Shown one piece after another: positions 53,268-64,000 of a DNA stretch of 64,000 nucleotides. Location: positions 276,481-340,480 of the forward strand of contig JAAOMT010000414.1 in assembly GCA_016748015.1 (NCBI GenBank), in the 5' to 3' direction. The position numbers and the translations under genes were made by a program. Under the pieces are notes generated by a model, which searched no databases, was not told where the DNA came from, and saw only the letters and a list, made by a program, of their open reading frames with translations. The DNA is from Geosiphon pyriformis uo1. Taxonomy: Eukaryota > Fungi > Glomeromycota. Position 1 is the first letter of the stretch. Each line of letters starts with the position of its first letter.

Positions 53268-56200
53268 TTTTTTTTTATATTTAATAAGTGAAGTCCAAAT
53301 ACGGCCTAGTATTATACATCATATTAATAATCTAAACTAAGTATAAATCATGTATTTGCTACATGTAACCAGCCACTCAGACCAATTAAAACAACACTAA
53401 ACACCCACATAAACAGAGACCATGTCCCCAATATCTAAGAAAAACAGACAAGACTTATGAGAACTAAAACTAATACCAAATGCATTGGCAATACCCAACA
53501 ATCTAACCACACTAGCTGAGAGCACCACAGAAAGACCCAAAACCGAGACAAGAACAGAACTATCATGCAGGATCAAGCCACTCTTTTCCATAATAGCCTG
53601 GTGTTTGGCATACACCAGTCAAATATCATTCCAGAAAGCAAGACAAAACTTGTGCACAAAGGATACAATATTCTAAGCTGCAACTTTAGGGTCCTTAAAA
53701 ATGGAAACAGATTCATGATACCAATTGTTGAAAACAAAGTCTTTACACAGAGCTGTATCAACAACAACATCAAAAATACAAGTAGACAACAACTGTAAAA
53801 CACAAAAAGAAGAGCGAGATAAACCCGAGTATGCTTTCCAAACAGATACATGAACTTCCATCAACTGAACATGACCAGCAGCATCAAAAGGGCAAAAAAA
53901 AACATGGTTCAAGACCTCAACATCTTTACAGAACAAACACACCACACTGGAGTAACACTTATTATAAAGTTATTTATGTACTGTAACAGAAAGACAATAA
54001 TGCAATGTCTTTATAAAATATGAACAAAAGCTGGCAGTGCGTGTATTAGTAAAACCAACAGTCAAGTGAGAATTAGAATGCCACACCAATAAAGACTTAG
54101 ACCAATCAATATTAGTATACAGGCTATCTATTAAGATCTGGAAACCAGAACCAATTTCCCAACATGTATGGTAAATAGACCAGAAAATATCATAAACAAA
54201 ATGCCTAGAATTACCAAAAACTGTCATACTATTAGCTCTAAAGAAATGTTTACTGACCATGTGAGGTAGGCACCTATCAGAGAAAACAGCAGCCTAGCAA
54301 AAGCATTAGCATGCTTATTACTGAAGACACCAGAGTGGTCTTTAACTTTAATTCAATTAACATCCAAATTTTTGTGATAAATAACATTAGCAATTGACCC
54401 AACACCAATTCCTAAAATCCAGACAAGCCAACACAGACTCCAACTTGCATGCATCCAAAGCAGCCTGGCTGTCCAAAAACAAGTCGACAGAATGAGAAAA
54501 AGAAATACAGTTAAGAGCCAGAGCAATGGCCTGCAACTCTGTCATTGTAGAAGAGACCAAACCAAAAACTCCCACACCCAGACCCAAATCAATGTTCTCA
54601 AAAAAAGCAGCAGCACCAGCCATCATACTAGGAGTTCTCAGATCACTCAGAAATCCATCTGTGTACACAGAAAGACAAGCAGTATTAACATATAACAAAT
54701 TGGCTCTAATAACACCAAATTTACAAGACTGAAGGATATCAGAAGAGAAACAACCATCCAAAGATAGGGAACAAGCAGAAGGAGAAGTCTCACCACTAAG
54801 AAAATGAACAAAAAGCTCAAACCAGACAGGAACAGAGCCACAAAAATCCAATCGCTTTCACTGCTTGAAGATTGTCTAATCAAAAACAGTACTATGCTTG
54901 TCACACAGCTGGTTTATGAAAGTGATTCCATAATGCTGAAGAGAAGAGACATACTTAAAATAATTAGGCTTGCCAAGAACAAGAGACATAAAAGTACCAC
55001 TTTGAAAATAAAATGCACTGGCTGGAGAGCCACCCAAAAACAAATCACATCCAGAAAAAATGCAGACCATACCAGCCAAAAAATTGTCTGAGGAGTTGAT
55101 TCTAATATGAGCCAGAAATTGCAGAGGGTGGCAAGAACACCAGCTAAGAACTTGGAGATCATAAAACCTGTAAGAAAATAACTAACCCACAATACTCAAT
55201 AAATTTGCAAAGGAAACAAGAGATGCCGATTTGCTTTCAGCCTGAATTTGTTTAAAAGTCTTTAAACCATACAAAAAAAGATAATAGATTGCATCAGTGG
55301 GGAAATCAAGTAAGAAACCAGATCTAGACTTTAAGCTCTTGTGAATCATAGCATTCTATTTACTACAAACACCAACAGAAACAAAACTGAATTGAGTCCT
55401 GTAACTGACAATAAAAAAAAAACTATTGACACTAAATATGCAAATTGTTTATCTGAGATTATTTTTCTTAAAACAAGATTGACAAAAAACCAAATATTTG
55501 AATATGCCTTAGCCAAACTAGGTTTCAACAGACTCTTAGAAAACAAAAAAATACCCAAATAACAATAAGGTTTCTCCTTCTTGGCAACAAAAATAGGTGA
55601 GCTACTGACAGTCAGATAGAAATTTGAAATCTGGCAGTTGATGAAGATGGCCATAGTTTTGTCATTATTTATAGAAATGCCATTAAACCTAAAGAATTCA
55701 CTAACAATATTGAGGATGTATTATATAGCAGTCTGGCTACTACTAACCCAAATTGTATTATTAACAAAAGCACCAGTAGCAAAAAATGATGTCAATCTAG
55801 CCTGAGATTTCACCTGACCAGACTTGGAAACAAAATAAGAATTCAATCTGTAACTACACACATCCTTCTGTCTTTTGACCTTACATAGAAGTAAATCATA
55901 AAATATGCACCAAAGAAGAGGTGAAAAAACTTCTCTTTGGTTCAACTTATCATGAACATAATACCCATCAGTCAAGCCAAAGTCTGTTATTATTTTGTTA
56001 ATGCAAATATTGTAAATACTACCAAAAAATATAAAGAATTTGTTACACATTTTGATTCTAACCAAACTTCTCTTAAGATGTTTCCAACCAACAGAGTTAT
56101 AGGTCTTACACATGTCCTGCAAAACCAGCCACAATTCTCAGTTCTTTTCCAAGATGTTTTTGACCACTGAGCCAATGGCAAAAATGGGCAATTGCATTGT

Positions 56201-58165
56201 TGTACCTTTCAAAACAGAGAAATTGTCCCTATGTAAAACATTATAAGTGCTGCAAGCTGAAGAAATTCTATTCAAAAAAATCTTGGAAAAGATTTTGTAA
56301 GCTGTTTTGATCAAAACAATAGGACAGGTATTTGTAAGAACATCTTTTCATTCATATGGCTTAGGAATCATTGAAACCCAAGCTTCTTTCCAAGGCTCAA
56401 GTACTAATTTACAAGTCAAACACAGATTCAAGAGCACTAAAAGCATATCCAAGACTGAATTGTCACAATGTTTTTACAATTCATTAGAGATACCAGAAAG
56501 ACTGGCTGCTTTCCCATTAGGCAGATTTGAGACCACAGCAAACAATTCATCAGAACCAATTAGACACATTACATCGAAAAATGCACCATCAAAAACATAA
56601 TCCAAAGGCTGATATTGGTGAGTCTAATTATCAGAGATATCAGACACCATCCTATGTTTCCTAGTCCAACTTTTCATAATCTCATATATCTTAAACTTAA
56701 CCAAATTAGGCTCCAAGATCAATTCATTACCTACAACTAAATGATCCAACACCACCTTGCAAAAAAAACACTCCAATACACTTCTGATGGTATGACCCTT
56801 ATTTAATTCAAAACTTTCTATTTTACTAATAATGGTCTGCCTGATGTGAGATTCTTTAGTGTGCTTGAATTCCAGCAACTTGGAAGAATAGTAAGATTTT
56901 CTCATCTTTGCAAGCCCAGAACAAATAACATCAAAAGTAGAACTTGAAAAAAAAAAAGATCTCATTTCTGCCACATCATTAAAGTCAAGTTTGTCCCATG
57001 TACCCAGCAACAAAGCAAAATCCTCACTTGAAGCCAAATGAAAAGCTTTCACCAGCCTGAACACCAGCAACTTCAGCTTATGAAACATAGAAAATACTTT
57101 GCTAAAAACACTGTCATAATCTTTAAACTATTTTCTTTTGAATATCCCATTGGCTGAAAAAACCATGACCCTATGAACAATGTTCCATATTGCATTCAGA
57201 TCTGAAGATTTCTCAGCTGCCAGTAACCACACCTAAACTCTCACTCATCACTATATTCGCCTCCTGATTCTGTAATGAAAAAGTCACCAACGGCTAATGT
57301 CTAGAGCTAAGCTGAGAAACTGTTGGCCCAGATGTATCTAACCTCTTAGCCAGCTTATCAACATGCTCTGTGAGGCTGGTGAGACTGCATTTAAGAGTGA
57401 CAAACCTATTATTCAATTCCAAAGACACCAGCAGAGTAGACTTTATCTCTGAAGAAGAGCTAGCATTCAACAAAACATTCCAAATGGAAGGAGAAAAGAA
57501 AAAGAACCCACCAACAATTTGTGCCCATAAGACACCACTGAAAGAAACAGAATGAGCAACTGGAGCTGAACATTTAGCATAAATGGCAGCCAGCCTGCTT
57601 TTATCAGAATTTGAAAGAGTTTTCTGTGCTAAAACACCAAAAAAAACATCTTTTTTCCCATCAACAGAACAAGCCAAAAATGTATGGCCTAATTTCTCAC
57701 ACCTAGCACACTTAGCTGAAACAAAATGAGACCAACACAAATTGACTTCTCTCAGAACAGACATGGTCTTTACAATAGCATCTAATAACTTAGCAAAATC
57801 AAAACAAACAGCAACACACCTGGCCTAGATATAAGAAACTGAGTAATGGTCAATAACACAAGTTTTTTCACCTACTGAAGCAATGTAATTTTAAATATCA
57901 TGTGTATTGGTCTCCATTGGCAGTCATTTTTTGCATCCCATGATTCTTTGTTCACATCAGATCTAACAATGCACACTACATCTTTTCCAATTAGGATAAA
58001 CCATTTTGCTGCAACCAAATCAGCATGATCAATCTGTTCAAATTCAACCACTGCTTTTTGTCATAGCCCTATCAATTGCATCTTGATCGACTTAATTATT
58101 CTAAATTCGGATAGCACAGCACATACAGCCTTAGTTGATATACCAATTGGAATTTTTTTCAACAC
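53268..58165 (-). mobile_element. LINE copy 5, 5'-truncated in ORF1, with a ~1-kb internal deletion removing the APE domain
   Basis: Shared 3' UTR 53283-53397; RNase H VYTDGF..TELQAI..LDSQAAL; RT. At ~57222 the ORF1 C-terminus (copy 1 ~7045) is fused to ORF2 (copy 1 ~6055). Confidence 0.88.
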
Positions 58166-58169
58166 CAGT

Positions 58170-61100
58170 TTTTTTTGGTTTAATAACAGCATATGTTCTA
58201 TTATTATCAGTTATAATGATTTGTTTTCTAATAATTAAAGTAGCATTTAGATAATTTTTGATTCAATACTTATAAAAAATATAAAAAATGTTTTGAATGT
58301 TTTAATTTAAGAAATAGTTATTTATGTTAATTAAAGATACTTCTGTTTTGGAAGTAGTGCATTTATTTATATTTAATTTTTACTAATTATTTGGATCAGT
58401 ATTACTACAACAAGTAACCAATTAGGTCATTTGTAATATTTCTTAAGTTATGTACTGTAAACAGGATAATTATTGAAAATTGTTCTATATTGATCTTGTA
58501 GAATATATGAACTATTGTTCAAAACTTTGTTAACTAAAAAAAATTCTTTCCATTAGTTAAAAAATTTATTACTATAGACATTGTCTTTGTTTAAATAATA
58601 TTCTAAAACTAAGTTATTAATACTTAAAAAAAATGTTTTATAGATTTTTTTCTTCTTAAGCTTTTCTTGAAACTGCTTTATTTTCTTAAAAACAATTATT
58701 TATGTTTCTATTAAAGAGTCAAAAATAGTATCAAGTTTTTTTTGCAAAATGTTTTTGTAATCTCTTATTGTTATTTTTTCAAAGAGTATTGTTTCAATAT
58801 CAGTTTTTATTGGTAAAATTGCCATTTGTCTATAGAGTAAATAAAAAAGTTCATAACTTGTTATGTTATAATTTACAGTTCTATAAATAAATAAAGTTAA
58901 AGGCAGTATTTTGTCTTATAAGTTTGTTTTTTTACTGGTTTTGGCTAAGATTTTACATAGAGTTTTATTGAAATATTTTACTAAGCCATTTGTTTGAAAG
59001 TGATAAAAAAAAATTTGTAATATATTTCCATTTTTTTACAAAGTTTTTCAATTAATGTACTAAGAAAACCTTTTTTTCTGTTAGAAAAAAAATTTTTAGA
59101 GCAGTCATAGTGATAAATTATATTTTTATAAATGAAATTGGCAATAGTAACTGCTGTTTGATCAAAAGTAATTATTGCTTCTACTTACTTTATAAGATAG
59201 ATAGTAGCTGTGATAATATATTTGTTGCTATTAAAAATTATTGTTAAAAATTCAATAACATCTATACCAATTTTGTTAAATAGTTAATCAACAGAAATTA
59301 GATAAATATCTTTTTTGTAATTGGAAAGTTTTTTTTTTGGCAAGTATTACAAGTTTTAATATACTTAGCAATATTTTTTTCTAAGGTAAGCCAATAATAA
59401 TGAGTTAAAATTTTCTGAATTGTTTTTGTTTTTCCAAAATATTTAGCTAATAAATCAATATACATGTTATAAATTACAATTTTTTTTTCTTTAAATTTGA
59501 TAACTTTTTAAAAACAGTCAGAATTTTTTCTATTTTTTTTGTAAAGTTGATTCTGGTAAATCAAATAAAAATTTGATTGTTTGTGTAAATGTTTTTTTGC
59601 TGTTGAATGTAATCTAGTGGGTATTGTTTTTTACCCAAAAATTTTATTAATGTAAAGTAGTTGTCCAAATCCATTATTGTGTTTGTTTAAAAGAGAGTTA
59701 CTAATAATTAAGTTGGTTTGGTTTAAAAAGATTGTATTATCACTGGATGATAAATCGAAAGAGAATATTAGTGTTTTAATAATTAGTTTTTTTACAATGT
59801 TGAATATTATAATTAAATTTGTCCAAGTGAAATATCCAGTAAATTATTCATTTGTGTTCCAGTTTTTTTTTGTTGTACAGCCAAATCAAAGCTTAATAAT
59901 CTGTTATCACTAAAAATTTTACACCAAAAAAATATTTATTCCAATAACTAGTAGTTCAAACTACTGCTAAGTATTTTTACTAAGTAATTAAATTGTTCTA
60001 TTCTACTGATAAAAGTGTTTTATTGACATATGCTATTATATGTTCTTTGTTATCTTTATTTTTTTGTAAGAAGATAGTATTAAGTCTATAATCAGATGTA
60101 TTAATATAAAAAATAAAAAATTGATCCAGGTCAAATTACATAAGAATAGGTTCTGTAACCAATTTTTTCTTTAAAGTTTCAAATGTTTTTTGTTGATATA
60201 TACTCCAGTAATAATTTACATTTTTCCTAAGTAGTTAATTAAAAAAAAAGGCAATTTTGGAGAAATTCTTAACAAATTTGTGATAATAAAAAACCAAACC
60301 AAGAAAAGAGGATAGTTTATAAATATTTATTGGTTGTTTAATATTCTGGACTTTTTTAATCTTGGCTGAATCAAAAAAGATTCTATCTTTTGTAATAAGA
60401 TAACCAAAAAACTGTGTAAATTATTATTTAAAAAAAGACTTGATTAAATTAATCTTAAGGCCAGCATTTTTGAGAAGATCAAAAATCTTTTGCAAGTATT
60501 TAAGATATTTATTCCAGATTTTTAAGTATACTATTATATTGTTCAAATAAACTAGAACAAAGTTTTTTTTTACTGATTTGAATACTTTGTTTATTAAATA
60601 TTAAAAAGTAAAAGAAGTATTAGTAAGACCAAAAAACATAATTATAAATTCATAAGTGTTATACTTGGTAATAAAGACAGTTTTTTTTTGATTTTCTAGA
60701 TCTATTTCTATTTGTTAGAATCTAACAGTTAAATTAATGATTAAAAAAAAAGCAGTACTATTGAATTGGTTTAGCATTGTATCAATCTTGGGAAGTAGAT
60801 ACATGTTTTTTTTAGTAATAATATTTAATTATTAGTAATTAACACAAAAACATAAAGTTCTACCTTTTTTGAATACCACTATAACTGAAAATACCTATTT
60901 ATTCTTAATTTTTTGTATAAATTTAAAGTTTTTTATTCAGTTTATTTCTTTCTTGATGAATTTATTATTGTGACAATTAGATTAATAAGGCTTTAAATAG
61001 ATAGAATGAGTTTTTCTGGTAATAATAGTATATTGTATCACATAAATATGTTTAAAAATATTACTTTTTTTAAAATAATTAAGTTGTTTCTAGCCAGTAG

Positions 61101-64000
61101 AGTTTTAATGTCAATTTTTTTTCTTCAAAAAAAGATTTTCTTTGTTCTACTATTAATTACTGTATTTTTGGTGGTTTACTTTCAAAAAACTTTTGTATTT
61201 TTTTTATTTTTTTTTTAAGTATCAAACTAATAGATTTTTAATCTTTGTAATAAATTAGAAAGAACATGTATTTATTACTAGAAAAATACAATGATTTGTC
61301 ACATCAATACCAAACACAAGAATTATACTATTAATAACTATATTTGGTTTTCTTGCTAGGCTTTTTGTCAAAAATCTTTTTAAGCATATTGTAGTAAAAC
61401 CAACAAATTAGCTTGCTATTTACAATGCTTCTTTCTTTGTTAATTTTAATATTATTTAGTAACTTGTTATTGTTAGTAAAAATAATATAGATAAATTTAA
61501 CAATTTTTTTTTATTTTTTTTTATTATAATTTTATCATCATCTAATTCATCTAATTGTTTTTTTTCTTAATTTTGCTTGGATACTAGAGAAATTGTCTAA
61601 TAATGATATTTAATCACAATAGATTTCTTATCACATTTAATGGTTAATTTATAAAGTTTATAATTAAGAAAGCTTTTGCTTTTTTAAATTATTTATTGCC
61701 AACAATTATGATGTATTTTTTTGCTTTAAATACTTTCATATTAATTTTAATGCTGATGTTATTGATGCAAACAAGAATAGCTTTAACAATACCAAGTTTT
61801 TTTTTTGTTACTATGTATATTGATTATAGATTTAATTGAAAGTTCATTTATCTTTCTATCAATAGCTTTAAAAAAGTGTTTGACAATAACATTAACAGAT
61901 AATTTACTGTTTAGAATTAAGTCAATGAAATATTTAGCCACTTGGGCTTTGTAAATTAGAGGTGTAACATTGTTGTTGTCNNNNNNNNNNNNNNNNNNNN
62001 GCTTCTTTCTTTGTTAATTTTAATATTATTTAGTAACTTGTTATTGTTAGTAAAAATAATATAGATAAATTTAACAATTTTTTTTTATTTTTTTTTATTA
62101 TAATTTTATCATCATCTAATTCATCTAATTGTTTTTTTTCTTAATTTTGCTTGGATACTAGAGAAATTGTCTAATAATGATATTTAATCACAATAGATTT
62201 CTTATCACATTTAATGGTTAATTTATAAAGTTTATAATTAAGAAAGCTTTTGCTTTTTTAAATTATTTATTGCCAACAATTATGATGTATTTTTTTGCTT
62301 TAAATACTTTCATATTAATTTTAATGCTGATGTTATTGATGCAAACAAGAATAGCTTTAACAATACCAAGTTTTTTTTTTGTTACTATGTATATTGATTA
62401 TAGATTTAATTGAAAGTTCATTTATCTTTCTATCAATAGCTTTAAAAAAGTGTTTGACAATAACATTAACAGATAATTTACTGTTTAGAATTAAGTCAAT
62501 GAAATATTTAGCCACTTGGGCTTTGTAAATTAGAGGTGTAACATTGTTGTTGTCAACAAGTTCAGCTTAATAAAGGCATTTGTTGATTTTTAGTGTCTTT
62601 TTCTTTGGGATTAAGAATTTGCAAAGATTTTTTTTAAACTGTAAATGGGTCATTAACTGGCCAAAGATAATATGAACTGGTGTTTTTATGAGATTTTTGA
62701 CAACAAAATAGGGACCAAATTTTTGTACAATTTCTGAAAATTTCAACTTTAAAGAATTCTTAAAAACTTTGGCTTTTAATAGCTCATTGTTATTAACAGT
62801 GAAAGTTAAAGCTTTATTGGATTTTAAAATGAAATCAACCTTGGCTTTTTTTTTTTGTAAATTCAAAGGAGTTGATGGTGTTATTGGAGGTTTTTGGTCT
62901 CTTTTCTTGAATGTTGTTACTGTTTGTCTGTTGCTAATTTCACGTTTTCTGAAAGCAATTAAACCTCCAATAACTAAATTTATCTTCAAATTATCTCTTA
63001 TAATTTGAATTGCTGGGCTTATAAGTAGAATAACCAATTCTGTGCCAGTTACTTTGTGTAGTTATGTTGTAGTAAATGTCAACTCTTTCTCAGGAATTGC
63101 TCATCTGGAAGCTCACTAAAATGTGTAGTTACTTTGCTGTAAAAGTCAACTCTTCTACAGAAATCTTGTCTGTAGACTACCCTAATGATTATGATAAAAA
63201 AAGAAAAGAAAAAGAAAAAAAATGTAAAAGAAATAGAATTCTGTCAAGGGAAACGTTTTCTATCCAGGTCTGAAATCACTAATAGATTACTGAAATTGGT
63301 AGCTAATTAATTTCAAAATGTTAGTTTGTGTTGAGGAAATTTCAAGTGCAATAATCAAAGAATTTGGTTTTTCGAATATTTAATTTTTATTTGAAATGTG
63401 TAAAAGTGATTTGTTTTAATTAAGATATCTAAAGTAAGACACTATGGTAAAATACTATAAGAAAATACATTTTCTTAAAGAGAAAAGCTCTTCTTTTATA
63501 CAACTTGCTGTAGTACTAGTTTTTGAACTTGCACTTTTCTTTTTGCTATAATTTGGGTAAACTAAAGATACATTTCGGCAAACTACAAGTTATTTTACTG
63601 AACTATTAATTATTTCGGCAAATTTTCATTAATTTCGACGAATTTTGACTATGTTAAATGGTTTAGGATATTGTGTAATTTGATCATCTTAATTTCTAGA
63701 GTACAAATCGAATTATTGATTGAGTAATGATATTTGATAATTTGATTAAATAATAATATATGCTAATTAATAATAAGAATTATGAGGGTAATTTCATGCT
63801 AATTAATAGCTAAAATTCTACTGATAACATAATCTTTTCCTCAAGACTGAGCTCCATTGAAGTCCAAGCACTATTTGTAATATTAAGATAGTGATCCAAG
63901 ATAAGTGAAGTGATCTGGTCTGAAAATTGTTGAAATTTCAGTTTTGTGAGCTTTCTAATATATTGAATCTTTATTGAATGAAGTATTGGGTTTTGTAGGA
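58170..64000 (-). mobile_element. Decayed Ty3/Gypsy element (gag, PR, RT, RH, separate IN ORF; no dUTPase seen); continues beyond the window
   Basis: Reverse strand: PR IDLILNSKLSV (~61900-61930), RT FVLVYLNNIIVY (~60530-60565), RH end ILFRFIIQ** (~59737-59765), IN from ATG 59674 with THYYW, KTCNTCQ, ATIYLIK*VEA. Confidence 0.85.
61427..62554. other. Scaffold gap (20 N, 61981-62000) flanked by an exact 554-bp duplication; probable unmerged contig overlap
   Basis: 61427-61980 is identical to 62001-62554, whereas every true repeat pair in the window is diverged. Confidence 0.9.

Noticed and set aside
2092-58165. Six of seven non-LTR insertions on the minus strand as an orientation-specific array
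   Set aside because: The sample is too small to be convincing, and the copies have different ages, subfamilies and flanks.
61427-62554. Apparent tandem duplication of the Gypsy protease region
   Set aside because: The copies are 100% identical and separated only by 20 N, which indicates an unmerged contig overlap rather than biology.

Overview
This is a very AT-rich eukaryotic window, almost certainly fungal. The TE protein families resemble those I recall from Glomeromycotina such as Geosiphon, but that is an unverified inference. Most of the window is decayed, nested transposons around one intact, CpG-retaining host gene: a 2-exon SUN-domain (Sad1/UNC-84) nuclear-envelope protein at 16927-18662. 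The mobile content is: (i) five minus-strand copies of an APE-RT-RNaseH-ZnF LINE family, three of them full length; (ii) two copies of a ~2.3-kb ORF1-only 'half-LINE' that has its own TSD and poly(A) and shares the structured LINE 3' tail; (iii) several Ty3/Gypsy elements; (iv) a solo LTR; (v) a hAT remnant. In three Gypsy copies, pol stops 4 codons after the RNase H LSR motif. Two of these continue with integrase as a separate ORF, while the third, two-LTR copy lacks integrase entirely. Two Gypsy copies carry a Cys-rich zinc-finger + dUTPase + dUTPase-like module between protease and RT. Repeats show near-exclusive C>T/G>A decay in all dinucleotide contexts. A 554-bp exact duplication around the N gap is probably an assembly artefact. 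All alignments and counts were done by eye.
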